64,000 nt of DNA from NCBI GenBank assembly GCA_964188305.1, contig OZ076889.1, one strand, 5' to 3'. Both the position numbers and the translations under genes were made by a program. Of the stretch, positions 1-13,110 are shown in pieces (the first letter of the stretch is position 1; every line of letters begins with the position of its first letter). Source of the DNA: Podarcis bocagei. Lineage: Eukaryota. The notes beneath the pieces are model-generated. The model was not told the origin of the DNA and made no database searches. It was given only the letters and a program-made list of their open reading frames with translations.

Positions 1-1379
1 ACAAGCTAAAGTGCCGGCACTGCGAAGAAGCATTGGGTATGCGCCGGCATGAGCGGATGCCGACGCGAGAGGGATATGTGGCGTTGACCCTGCCTGCTGC
101 AAGCTGATGAATCTATTTTCTTGTAGGAAATAGTTTTGACAGTTCAATATCTGTGTTTTCAGTATGTGTGCTTTACCCTCCCCCTTGTCTCACCAAGCTA
201 GTGGGAGGAGGGAGGCCAATGCTGCGGGAAAGGAATGGAGAAGAAAGAGTGGAGGGCTCTGCCCCGTCACTGCTTCAAATTATAGGCATCTCAGTATATC
301 ACCAACCTAGCAAGTTGCCCTCTAAGTCAAGGACAAGTGCTGCCTAAAAGGATGTCTTGTGGGAAAGAACTGGAGCTGCTGCCTTGTGCAAGATGGTTCC
401 TGAGTGTCACACCTACAAAGAAATGGAACTAAAATAATAATAATAATAATAAGTGGCTCCTATCTCACGATGTTCTTTGCATGAACTTTATGCAGGGAAC
501 ACTGTGTTAGAACATTTAATGCTACAAGCATAAGGGTATATAGCCTTCCACAAGTTTATAAATATCCCCAGCTAAGGGAAAAATAGAAACTCTGATGGAA
601 CTGGGAGTCATTATATTGGGGACTGGCTGGTGCTGCCCTCTGAAACACCCGGTTCTATTGGTATTAGAGATGGAGTGCAAACCAGGAAGGAATAGGGATT
701 GTGTATACTCTGTAGTTGGAAAACTACAGAGCTGTAGGCTGTCACCCATTTGTGCCACATCCATTCTAGAAATGAGCATGTAGAATTGTAGCCACTACAC
801 AGGTTTTGGGTTTTTGTCTTGAGGTACCCTATGTTCCTCTCATCCTGTCTGGTGGTGGGATTGGGCTACAAAGCGATCTTGATTCTGTTTCCTCCATGCT
901 AGTCCATGTAGTCTTTATAATGCTTTCTCCTTTTCAGAGGATGTAGGCCATGTTGACCATTCATGAGCTTTTCATTCCTTACTTGTCAGATCTATATATT
1001 TTAGCTCAAAAGCCTGAAACGCACGCTTAGAACTAGCGGGAGCTAGTTAGTTCCTCCAGTTGCTCCACTATTGTTGTTCCCAGGGTATTCCTCTAAAACA
1101 GTTAGATATGGACTGTGTGTAGGATATTTTAGTTTCCACTTCTTTAAATAGTGTGAAAATTTCTGCCATCGTTGACTAGAAAAACATGAGTCAGTAACTT
1201 TGGCCAGTAGGTGTTTTTTTTTTAGCTAGACCCCTGACCATGGAGATACTTGGAGTTTTAGCATGCCTTGTGTATACAGAATACTCAAGGGCTATTAGAC
1301 TAGTAAGAGTGAGACAAAATATATTTGTAAACCCTACATTTGAACACAATTTAAAGAGGAGATGAGTTTGCCTTTTCCA

Positions 1380-1960
1380 GATCTATAGTGTGGCCCCATC
1401 TGGAATGCTGTGTACAGTTCTGATCATCCTATTTCAAAGAGGATGCTGTAGAGTTGGGAAAGATATAGAACAGGGCAACCATAGTGACCAAGGAATTGAA
1501 GAATCATCTCACCAGGAAAGGTGTAAGTGTGGGACTTCCTAGTTTGGGAAGAGGGGAGATGATGATGGGGAGACGATAGAGGTTTATAATACTAGGTATA
1601 CTGCAGATTTCAAGATTATCAAATGAAATTGATTGGCAGTAGACTCAAGATAGACAAAATAAAGAACTTCTTCATACAATGTATGTGATGGCCACTAGCT
1701 TAGATGCTTTTAAAAGGGGATTATACTAATTCATGGAGGATAAAGCTATATAAATGCCCACCAGTCGTAATGGTTGTCTTACCTCCAAAATCAGAGGTAG
1801 TATGCCTCAGAGTACCATTTGCTAGGGATCAGCAGCAGTTGTGGGCCATTGTTTTCCTGCCCTGGCTATTGGCTTCTTCTAAGCATCTAGTTGGCTACCA
1901 TGTAGAAACAGAATGTTTGGATAGAATGACCTTTGCTGGGATCCAGCAGGGCTCTCCTTA
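1380..1960 (+). mobile_element. Old, degraded CR1 LINE 3' fragment
   Basis: Decayed match to the CR1 ORF2 C-terminus (ccccatctggaatgctgtgtacagttctg, corresponding to [10 protein letters not shown]), followed by CR1-like 3' UTR. Confidence 0.75.
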
Positions 1961-2934
1961 GCCAAGAGAAAGTAATTTCTGGCATGGTGTTTGAGGACTC
2001 CTGTGCTACTATTGTACAACATACAACTAGCTCTCATAACACCTGTCTCTGCACCATAAGCCCTACCTAGTCAAACTATTCAAGTCAGGAGGGGTGGGTG
2101 GGGAGGTGCCCCTCACAAGCAGAAGGCTACATTTAAATCCATGGCTATTGCATAGTCATGCATTTTTGCCTTCCTTTAACATTTGAGTTAGTGGTACTTT
2201 TAAGCTTATTTACATAATCAGGAGGGCCAGAGATTTGCAACAAATGTTCTATGCAAGCTGAGGAAGTGTAAATGCTAAAATAAAAGCATATGCTCATGAA
2301 GATATTGGTCCCACACCAGCTGCTGCTGTTTCAGTGGCTTGATCCATCTGATTGTTGCCCACATCTGGGCTCCCCTCCTGTACTTGTCCCTGATCTCGGT
2401 TAGCTTCTGAGGACACAGGCAGAACTTACGTATTTAACTGTCCCTCTTGCCAATACTCACATAAATCTTCTGAATAAGATGCTAGAAAAATCTTAGCTGC
2501 ACCAGCGACCACACCCATGAACCTTCCAGCTTCAGCTCAACATCCAGCATCCACTGACAACAAAAGGTATGGATTGGCCTTACTACACATTTACCCTAAC
2601 CATGAGAGTACAGAATCTGTGATCGGATCTCCTTTTTCTTTTAATTTAAATATATGCCCTTTCCTACACCAAAAGATGTTCAAAGTTGTGTACAAGTAAA
2701 GGAAAATATTTGGAGGAGGGGAAATTAAATTAAAACAAGTATGAACAGTAAATATGAAGAAGAAAATAGCTTGTCCACATACATTTCTTTTAATGGGGCT
2801 AGGGGAATTTTAATCAGAAAAACTGTGCTGGGGGAAAGGGTTAAGCCCATGGGTCCAATCCAATATCCATCTCTTCCCACTGCAGCTTCTGTTTGCTGAA
2901 ATTTAAAGAGGTGGGAGGTCTGATCTACTTTGGC

Positions 2935-3175
2935 CAGGGGTAGGAAACTTTTTCCAGCCCAACGACCACATTCCCTTCTGGGCAACCTTCTGAGTACCAC
3001 ATGACAGTGGTGGGAGGGGCCAGGCAGCAAATGTAAATTTTGCCTTTATCAAAGTTCAAGGATCCCTCCTAGCCAGGCAAAAAACACTCCTGGTGCAAAG
3101 CAGGGCCAGTGAAGGATGTGTCCTGGGGAGAGTTTTGTGGGTTAGATAGAGAGGCCTGAGTTTCCCCTCCTCTGA
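2935..3175 (+). mobile_element. Non-autonomous hAT-like element; related partial copy at ~33495-33790
   Basis: Begins CAGGGGTAGGAAAC. The core ccacattcccttctgggca is shared with the copy near 33500. Confidence 0.55.
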
Positions 3176-3715
3176 CTGAGACCCATTGATAGTCTGTAGA
3201 GGCCACAATTCACTTAGGGATGGAAGACAGTTTCAAAAACAAGCATGCACAAACATACATACATACATACAGACTCTCACACACAAACACCCCCCATCCC
3301 AAAAAAATATGTATATTATGCACTCACAAACTCTAAATCATCAAGTGCATGGAGGAGGTCAAAGAATCGACTAACAGTTGAGCCTCGTGCTTCAAGAGCT
3401 CCTAAATCTCTGACATAAACACAAAGTGAATTATGTAAAATGGATTCTTTTAAGATTGCTCCATTCCATGTATACTGTTCTCTGATGCAGTTTGACACTG
3501 CTTACTCTAAGAGACAGGATCTTGAAGAAGATAGACAAGTCATTTGATCAAATCTGGCAGTTGCTCTTTTCTTATGATCACTCCTTTGCCTAGTAGCAGA
3601 AAACTTCTAACTTCATACAAAGGAACTGTAACAACTGTCTACTAAATCCTACAAGCTTAGTAATACACATAGCAGCCAAGCAGAGCAAGGCCAATTGATT
3701 ACTAGTGTTCTGGAG

Positions 3716-3852
3716 CAGCATTCCCCAACCCTGCATCCCCAGATGTTGTTGGACTACAACTCCCATCATCCTTAGCCAGCAGTGCCAGTGGTCAGGGGTG
3801 ATTAGAGTTGTAATTCAACAATATTTGGAGATTCACAGGTCCCCCATCCCCA
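3716..3852. mobile_element. Palindromic squamate MITE (copy 1 of 4)
   Basis: agatgttgttggactacaactcccatc...gagttgtaattcaacaatat fold-back structure. Related copies at ~21529, ~46562 and ~60362. Confidence 0.75.
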
Positions 3853-4934
3853 CTGTAGAGGAATCCTCACCCAGTTCTTGCTCCCATAACCTCACCTAGT
3901 TCTCATGGCAATTGATCATCATCATTACTCTGGATTCCCTTGTATTTGTATTGCTGCAGTTTCTGTGAATCATCTAGTAGCCAGCTGTACCAAAGACCGT
4001 GCTTATGTACCCACCCCTTTGTCAGGGCAGAATCTATCTTACAAAAGCAAAACTCCATGTTACACCATCAGAAACAGTTCAGGCTGGTTAGGAAGGAAGC
4101 TGGTGTTTCATTTCATCTGTGGATGTATTTATCATTGTTCTTATTTTTTAGTACCTCTTGCAAAGTGATCATTAGCTTGAATAAAAAATAAATGACTGGG
4201 GCATGCATATAAAAGTTATGTGTGGTGATCCATTATGACTCAGTCAGGTGTTTGTTAGAAACTGAGTGTGAGACCAAGGATCAAAGCAGCTTCTAATGAT
4301 TTAGAACTAAAGTCAAATTTTCTCATGAACAGGCTGCTCCCCAGCATGGAAGGAGTGGTCTGGTGGCTTCCTTTAAAGCTTCCCCCCACCCCCTTTAATT
4401 ATTGTTTTATTGAATAAGCTTATAACATCTTCCACAATACTAACATAAATGCACCAGTAACCTAGTAAAAGGAAAGTGAAGCCTGGAAAGGGGAGGGGAC
4501 AGTTAAAGGAAATACTAAGAAAGTTATACATAGGAGGTCATCATATCATCAAGTGAAGCACCTATACAAGCCAGTCAATATGTAAATTTAGCATTATTTA
4601 TATCCCTTGCCCCAGACACTAGGCAAAGGTCTCTGTATATGCTGACCATATCTGCCTTCCTTTGAAGCTTGGATTTCTTCAGATTGACCATAGGAAATGA
4701 CATAGAATGAGGTGACAAGTGTGGAAAGTTTAGTGTCAGTGAATCTAGGTATGTTACCAGTTTTCCATTCTTTCTCTGCTGGGATGAGGGCAACACTTTC
4801 CCTCCATTGCTCATGGAGCTGGCTGCCCAGGTGGGCTTAGGGAATGAAGAGCTCAGGAAAGACAGGCTGGTGTGTGTGGCTCTTTCTTTCAGATCTCTGC
4901 CACGGTGTCTTCTTTCTTTCTTCCTTCTCATCGA

Positions 4935-5430
4935 GAATTCATTGTCTTGTCAGCCTCTAGTTAGCTGGCGTGCGTGCGAATCATAAATTACACAGCCTGG
5001 GCCTCTACTAGGCTTCAGCACAGACAAAAAAATTGCACTCCATCACTGTGTCGCCCAGCTTTTAGCGGTATTGATCAACGCAGCCCCCTCCCCCCCTTTC
5101 ATTTTAACCGAGCTGGTTAAGTGCAGTATCTTATTTTGTGCTGGGACAAATGAAAAGAATATTAGCAGGGGTTGAAATATATCTCTTTTTTATCTCTCTG
5201 CTACTTTTTTATTGAATCTCTCTGAGTAGGTGGCTTTCCGCAGGATGACAGCCTCCTGACAGGCCCCTCATTAGAGACTAGACAGTAATTGTGATGCATT
5301 TCCCTGCACGGCCTTTTCACTTCTTTCCCCTTCCCCCCTTCCTCCTCTCTCCCTTTCTCCTGATTTGTAAAGTGATTGGATGTACAGACTCGCTCAGTTT
5401 CTTAAATTATTGCCCAGCTCAATCCATCTT
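4935..5430. promoter_or_regulatory. Candidate conserved non-coding element / enhancer
   Basis: No recognisable repeat, retained CpGs, TCATAAA, paired TGACAG (5246, 5257), TAATT and TGATTGG motifs. Confidence 0.5.
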
Positions 5431-6089
5431 CCTCTTGCTGAGGATGGGCAGCTGTGGGCTTAGAATCAGGAGCTGGAGACTCAGCTCCTTGTGGCAGAAA
5501 CAGAGAGCTGACCACTCCTGGACATGGAATATTGGGCTGGAGGGGCCATGGAGTTGGCACTGTTCAGCAGAAGCACAGACCTCTGCTGTCTGAACTCACT
5601 GGGTACCATACCTGTGACTGTAATCCTGGCAAACTTGTGCTCTTCCTTATCTCTACATAAGCCTCAGTGAGCGTGGAACTAAGCTTTAAACTAGGGTGGA
5701 ACTAAGCCTTCAGTTAAACTCCCCCTTCTCTCCAACCTTTAGTTCAACTCACCCTGTATCCTGACATCATTAAACGGTGTGATTCTCCTCCACACTTGTG
5801 GCAAGACACACAGTAAGTTGTACTAGGCATTGTCAAGGGGAACCTGCCACTTTCAGAAGTAGCGCTGTGTGTCTTGTAATGCTTAGATCCACCCTCCCTA
5901 ATGTCCTGACTATTTAAATGTTGTAGTAGATGTTTTCTCAGGACTTGAGGAAACAAAAGATGTGATTCCTAAAATACTCCAAAGTAGTAGGCAGTTTTTC
6001 ATACACGGTTCAAATAAGCAGTTAAACAAATGGCTAATCTTTCTGGAAATTTTTTTTGGGGGGTGAGGGGGTCGTTCTGTTTGAGAATT

Positions 6090-6517
6090 TAGAAGCAGGG
6101 AAGTATAGCATTTGAAGGGAACCTGAGGGTCATTTAGTCCAACCCCCTGCAATGCAAGAATCTTAGCTAAAGCATCCATGGCAGATGGCCATTGAACCTC
6201 TGCTTAAACACATCCAATAAAGAAGAGGACACCACCTTCCGATGGAGTTGGTTCCACTGTTGAACAGCTCTTACTGTCAGAGAATTCTTCCTGATGTTTA
6301 GTCTGAATTTCCTTTTTTGTAACTTGAAACCATTGCCTTGAGTCCTACCCCCAAGAGCAGGAGAAAACAAGCTTTCCCCATCTTCCATGTGACAGCCCTT
6401 TAGACATCTGAATATTGTTATCTCCTCTCCTCTTCACTCTCCTCTTATCCAGGCTAAACATACCCAACTCCCTCAATTGTTCCTCATAAAACTTGGTTTC
6501 CAGACGCTTTATCATCT
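6090..6517 (-). mobile_element. CR1 LINE 3' fragment
   Basis: Minus-strand ORF 6167-6388 (GNGFKLQKRKFRLNIRKNSLTVRAVQQWNQL) is the CR1 ORF2 C-terminus. The 3' UTR motif (reverse complement of gggggttggactaaatgacc) is present. Confidence 0.92.
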
Positions 6518-6960
6518 TGTCAGGGACTGGCAGGGCTCCGAAGTGTGTGTGGTGGAGGCAGCGGTCAAGGGGAGTGACCCAGGAAAGGGGACCAGTGACA
6601 TATGGGGTTTGACGCTGCCCACAAGGCAGGACCTGGGGCAGGGGGAAGAGGGAGAGTCAGGGCAGTCCAAGATGGAGGAAAAGACTGTTCAGGTGACAGA
6701 CGGGTCAGTAGACTCCTCACCTTCCTCTGCCCCACTGTCTCCTCGAACAGTGACAACTTCTGTGCAGGAGGCGTCTCAGGTTGTGGGTGCACAACCTGTC
6801 AGGGGAGGGTATATAAGCTGGCAGGGAGGAGGGGTCTCATTGTTGCCGCAACTGATCCACAGGGTATAGAATTGTGTGGGACAATTGCTTAGTGGCTAGA
6901 GGCGTGTGTGCATCTGCATCTGGAGCACAACGAGAGTTGTTGTAAATCACAGTCACAGGA
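6518..6960 (+). mobile_element. Possible solo LTR-like element abutting the CR1
   Basis: Starts TGTCAGG exactly where CR1 similarity ends. TATA-like TATATAAG near 6810 and a possible ...GTCACA end. No TSD found. Confidence 0.35.
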
Positions 6961-9269
6961 ATTGGGTGGGTACCAGAATCCCATTTTTAAGATGTCATAT
7001 TATGGGGAAAAGAGTAAGGGGGCTTTAGTGAAATCCACAAGCCCCACTCCCTGTTCCCACCAATTTTAGCCAAATCACAATGTGTTTCCCCTGCAGTCTT
7101 CTAAATCTGTGGCTAAGAAGGACATCACAAAAGTTAAGGGGGCTGGGCCCCGTCTCACCCACTGTAATCCAAGCAGTGGATTTTCTCATTGGTTTGTGCT
7201 GTCTAGGGTTAAGTTCTCTGCTGGTACTTTAATTATATGGCTGGGGTAGGCTGAAATCTGAGTGATACAGACTTAATGTATGGAAGATCCTGTTTTAGGG
7301 TTAGGGTTACTGAGGTTACTGTTCAAGGCTTTTGTGTCCATTTCTCTCTTTGGATTTTATGATGTACTCAAGGCCAGGCAAGGTCAGTCAAACACTGTTT
7401 TTGCGTATTCTGCATTTGCCCTTTTCCTGCTGACCCTTGTCTCCTGCCTTGCTTTGGATAGTATAAACTGCCATTGCCCATATGAGGAAAAGAAGGGAAA
7501 GGGATGGCACTTAAAAGGCAGAAAAAACTAAAGTAAGCCATTTGTTGAGGTGTGTACTTGTGTCCAGCGGGACGAACAAAAAAACCTCTCAGACCTGTGC
7601 CTAGAAAACATGAAACAGAATAAAACATGGACCAAACAGAAGTGTGGATGTGCCCGTAGTTGCATAAATCTATTCTGAACTTCTGTCAGAAAGCATGACC
7701 AGACTGTGATATAAGTTGTCTAGGGAAGTTACAGAAGCAACGTCACTTTTCTGTCTTAAGTTTCTACGGGTTTCTGCCTTAGAGAGCCTTTGTGGTTCCT
7801 TCCCACTTGATACATCAGTATGCAATGGTATTTAAGTGTACGATGCGATAACTAATTTGTTTTGACTAGCAATCTGTCTTGCACATCTTTACATCGGCTA
7901 AATTTGATCTCCCCCTGAGTCTGCATCCCTGTGCTCTTTTGGATGCATTATTTTGACACCTGAACAAATTCCTCTTAATTGTCATGTAATTATCATCCTC
8001 GGGAGACAGTGACTGCTGTGCACAAGAAGTTCAGTGTCCTCTTTGGTGCCAAACAAGAAATTGCTAAAAGAAGAAGGTACAAGAGAACTCAGAAGAAACT
8101 TGAGCTGCTATCAGTAGCCTGAACAATTCAGCTTGCCTTATAGGGACTGGGTGTTTGGGCAAGTTTGTCAGATCCCTAGGGGAAAACGTCATTAAAGGGT
8201 TGGCTCTAAATGCTTAGAATAAAAACAAACAAGCAAACTGTACTGTATATGAGTGCCTCCTTACAGCCATGAGCTGGCAGTGTTTCTGGGTGCAGAAGCA
8301 TCATTTGGTTGCTCCAAAGCTAATGTGGACCCTCCTTAGAATGATTGTTTTCTGAGCTGGAGGGAGAGGCAGCTTGTCACGGCAGATACCTGCTATCAGC
8401 CCAGGAATAACAGCAGGCCCATCACCAAGGGAAGAATAATCCCCGCAGAACCTTCAGGAGCTTGATTACAGACCCTGAGGCTGTGTCAGCATTTCTATTA
8501 TGTTTCTGCCACTAGGCTTCTTCGCAGCCTGTCAGGCAACAGGTCTCTGGTATGGGGAGAGGGCTGCTCATTTATTCTGGGGCGTTTCAGAGTAAATGAT
8601 TTGGGTAGATTTGTTAGGTCAGACACATGTTTATGAAATGTGAGAGAGCGAGAGTGAAATTGCTTTGCTTTGCTTTGCTGTTTGGCTGGAAAGCAGCCTT
8701 TGTTGCTGAAAATTAAGGGTGTGTTGTCACAAAGCGTTGGCTATCAGATTGCTTCCATGCAAAGCACCTACGAATCTGTTTGCATCCTGGAGCATGTTGC
8801 CCTTATCCTGGGGCACTGTCTTTCAGGCTCTGTGTAAACATGGCAGACTACTGTGGTGTTGGGGAGCATCTCCACACCTACTATAACTAACAGATGCCCA
8901 CAGAGGGGCAAACACAGTAAGAGTGTCTGCAGCACTGCTTCTTTGAGTTTGTGTAGAAGTGGCAGGAAGTGGGGGGGGAGGAGCAAGCTGTAAAATATTT
9001 GCACCTTAAAATTAGAGAAGCCGGGACACTGTCAATGCAGTCATTCAGACCCAAGCAGTGTGATGAAATATTTGCCCCGATTTGCAATATAGATTCTCAG
9101 GTATTGCTTCAACAGGGAGACACAGTTCGATGTGCATTTGCTTGGCGTAGTTGTGCATGTTTGTGAAGCCCCATCATGCACAACCACACTGGATAAAAAA
9201 AAAGTAGTGCAGCCAACGCCTTAGTTTGCATATAGGAATCCTTTCTTCTTTTTTCCCTTTGCTAAAAAT

Positions 9270-9760
9270 ATATTTTATTGATTTTCTGAGCTGAGTACTG
9301 AACATAAAAAGGATAAACAGTTATCTAGACAGAATACAGAGCTTAGTTAATGAAGAAAATAAGTAGCTGAAATTTGTAGTCACTTATATTCTAATATAGG
9401 CAGTCAAATGAAGGTGTCGCTCCATAGTGTTCCATGTGATGATGGTGGAGGGAAACCATACTCAATTGATTTTACAAAGTCAATGCAAGCATACCATATT
9501 GTATAGAAGGTGTTCACTTTCACCCTGGTGTGACGTTCCTTTTGCCATAAGGGTGATGTCCCATACGTCTGAGAACGAAGCTTCAAAAAGGTTTGTATCT
9601 AGAGTCTTCCAGTATGTTGCTGTCACTAATTTAGCTGCTGCTAATAACAGCAGAGTTAAGATCGTTATTGGTTGTATCTTGGTTTTGTGAGGAATCCTCT
9701 TTATATAGATATTGGTTAGAAAACAACTACAACAAACCCCTTTCCACTTCATAGCTATGC
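9270..9760 (-). mobile_element. Degraded L1-clade LINE ORF2 C-terminal / 3' fragment
   Basis: Minus-strand peptides LLLLAAAKLVTATYWKT..VWDITLMAK and NTFYTIWYACIDF (split across frames) resemble reptile L1 ORF2 C-termini. Confidence 0.55.
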
Positions 9761-11945
9761 ACTGTCCCCCATACAGCCATATTTTGTATTATTATGCCTT
9801 ACCCGTTTAGCATGCATTATTATTTAAATGTCTAAAATTCCAAAAATACTCAGATGTATCCTATGTATATTCAGAAAGCAGTCTGTACTGTATACACACA
9901 GTAAATTTTCAAAATGCTTATTCTATAGTTGTCCCACAAAAGTGGTGGTGACATCTCTGGAATACTTCTGGAATAAACTCATTTTTTATTCCAGTTTGGG
10001 GCATTACTACAAGTATCCCCTCCAGCCTTTTGTGAAGAGATGTTTTATTGTTATGACATCTACACAATGTGCTTGTACCTTAATTTGGCAGCAATTTTGG
10101 CTACATCTAACAACAGAAAGGATGAAAAAGCCACTGGGGACAGGAAATTGTACCGCTGCAGACCCATTGGCCCTGCAAATGTCTTCATATAACCTGAGAC
10201 AATTCTAGGCACATTCATACATGCAGAGGTTCCTCCTGGGTAAGTGATAAAGTTGCTCAGTTCTCAGTGATGCAACCACCATGCCTCCTTCTTCACAGGC
10301 TGCCAGCAGGTGTGTTCTTGTTGTCCAGACAGACCCACCTAAGGCTGTGATGTGTGAAGGGATTTCACAGAGCTGCTCTTGTGGTTTCTGTGTTGAAGTA
10401 CCAACCCCCCTCTGCCCCGCTTTCAGGACAGGAAATATTCAGTTTCAAACACTTAGAACGAAGCATTTATTTGGAGCCCAGGGGAGTCTGCACACACAGG
10501 AGAGGGACGTGGCTGGCCCTTTTCATCTTTGCAGTGTTAGCAAGCCAAGGGCTGCAGGGGAGAGAACAGCCGTGCCAAGGAGGGTAAACACTGGAGATGA
10601 ACCCTGCTGAGTTACAAGGGGCCAAAGGGAAGGGAAGGACAGGCAGGGAGGCCAAGCAAACACAAACACAGCTGCCAAAAACAAAGCTTGAAAGGGGCCA
10701 TTTGAAGCCTGCAGCCTTGGCTGAAATATGGGGGCGTGGGAGCTCCTGGCACAATGGCATACTCAGACTTGGCACAGACCGAGTAGTGTGGTTGGTTGCT
10801 TGGCACCACACTCTCAGCTGCCTTCTTGTTTCCTTCAACAGGCGTAAGAAACAGAAAACTGTACCTGGTGGGTTCTGCGGGAGGTGCCTCTGTAAGGAGC
10901 AGATGTTATCTTGGGTGCTGGTTGACTCACAGTGCTAAAGTCACTCTGGCAACCCTCTGGATGAAATGATTTCAAGTGTACCCTTGAAATGGGTCCTTTT
11001 TCCTACAGTGAGTCTGCAATCTCTCCCTCCCAGTGTCACATAAATTAAGTGATCTGAAAAGTCCATTTCAATCTTAGGCCAGCAAACGATGGGCACCCAT
11101 AGGGGTTACTAATATAGTAACTAGTTTTGTTTCTATGCCGCCCTCTGCTGGCAATCAGATGATCAGCATGCGTGACTGTAGTTTTTGGCAAAACCTTGGT
11201 TTCGTATTTTAATTTTTTAAAACAGCTGAGAATGTGTGTGGGGTTTTCTTACAAGCGATTTAAAATCATTTTTCCCCCTGCCAAAACAAGGAAAATAATG
11301 AAGAAATTACCACCAGAAAAAGATGGGACAGAAACCCCATTAAAGTTGAAGAGCATTGAGTTGATTGTCCTTTCGTGGCTCTGGGTCACATCTAGTGGTG
11401 ATGGACAGAGAAGCAGCTCCAAGAGCATTTCATGCTCTTGCAGTGCTGTGGGAAGGGGACAGCGAGATCACCCTGCATGTTTACCCATCCAACCATGCAG
11501 ACTGCAGCAGGGATCCAGCAGGATTTCCCGTTTGCTCAGAGGCTGCCTGTTTGTTTTAGGAGGGAGGTCTCAGACACCAGCATTGTTACACTAATGGGAC
11601 TATAGTTATAAATAGCAGCCAGTGGGGGACCTTCTGGGGTTATTTTGGACTTTGACCACACAAAAGTGGAAAGGCTCCAAGAGGAAGCTGGGGTTGCTCA
11701 CCCTCCCAGTCAATGTGAGAGGATTGTTTAGGTCTGGCTATTATTGAAAAGCAGCAGCACTCTGGGTGTGATGGAGCAACAGTGAGCACTGCAAAACAGG
11801 CCAGTTGTTCTCCTTCTGATCCATAGCAGGGCTTACAGCAGGGGTGATGGTAGAAAGGACCAGCAATCTGTCTCTGTTCTGGAAGATGAGTTTAACAATG
11901 GCTGAATAAGAATAATCTGAATAATTTGCTGGCATGAACTGCAGC

Positions 11946-12160
11946 ATATTTATTACATTTATGCCCCCTCCAAGGAGCTCAAGGTGGCATACATGGTTCT
12001 TCTCCCTCCCTATTTTATCCTCACAGCAACCATGTGGGGTAGGCTAGACTAAGAGTGAGTGACTGGCCCAAGGTCATCCAGTGAGCTTCATGGCTGAGTG
12101 GCCATTTGAAGCCTGGTCTCCCAGGTCTTAGTCCATCCCTCTAACCACTACACCACCCTG
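11946..12160 (-). mobile_element. Old tRNA/CORE-type SINE (Squam3/MIR-like)
   Basis: Reverse complement begins cagggtggtgtagtggttagag (A box), then a gttcaaat-like B box and core gaccttgggccagtcact. Confidence 0.8.
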
Positions 12161-12819
12161 TTTGTTTGCTTATGTACATATTCAGTCTAAAGTGAGTGTC
12201 ACTGGACAAATCAAGATGGCATGTAGCCGGGGTGTCTTATGGGCAATGCACTTTTTAGCATGTCAGTATGCAAAATTAAAAACAACATATTGAGTTCCTT
12301 GAAAAGGAGAGGGGAAGAGGCAGAGGAACCAGGGGCCTACAAAAAAGACCTGGGACTCAGGTTCTTTGGGCTACCTCATAACAGCACCCCTTCACTCCAT
12401 CCTAATATAAGACTACTTCCCTCCACCCCCCTGAACTCTGATAATTCAAACACTGTTTCAGCTTTAGTTATAAAAGGGAATGATGGTGTGGTAGTTTACA
12501 GCCGGGGGAGAAGAAGCCTTGAGTAAGGTGCCCTCAGTTCAATGCCCTCAATATGCATAGAGAGAAATAAAACCCTAATTCCCATAAAGGGTTCTGTGGT
12601 GCACTTAGTGAGTGTATTATATAGTGAGGACATTGCTGGTGAAAGACATCTCCCCTGAAGCATGGCCTTGTGCATAATTTGAAGGCAAGGATGAGTCAAG
12701 GTTATTTCCAAACTTGTTTCAGTCCTGTTAAAGCGCCTCCCCCCTACACCTGTTTATGTAGCCCCGGCAAAGTGCTTGTGCCAACATTTTCTCCTTTGGG
12801 AGGTCTATTCCTTTCAAGG

Positions 12820-13110
12820 GGATTCATTTAACTGGGCTGTGCTTTTTGCTTGGGGCCATAAAATGGCACCTTTTGGCTTTTGATTGGAAGGCCATATTGC
12901 ACGCAGCCTGCTTTATGGCGCATTACTGCCTCTCGCGCGGATTTAACCAATTTGATCCATGTCTAATACATAAATAAATAATCCAGCAGGAACGCTTCAC
13001 ATTAGATGACAATAGGAAACTATAAAGCATGCTTCCCTTCACGGCAGCCATCAGATCTGGGTGTGCTACGCCCTCTGACGACCAGAGCAGCTATCACAGC
13101 TATGGAGCTC
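12820..13110. promoter_or_regulatory. Candidate conserved non-coding element / enhancer
   Basis: CCATAAA, TTTATGG, TGATTGG, AACCAATT and ACAAT motifs, with local CpG retention. Confidence 0.5.

Noticed and set aside
6477-6892. Overlapping 96-130 aa ORFs
   Set aside because: They lie in a GC-rich LTR-like segment and show no recognisable protein features.
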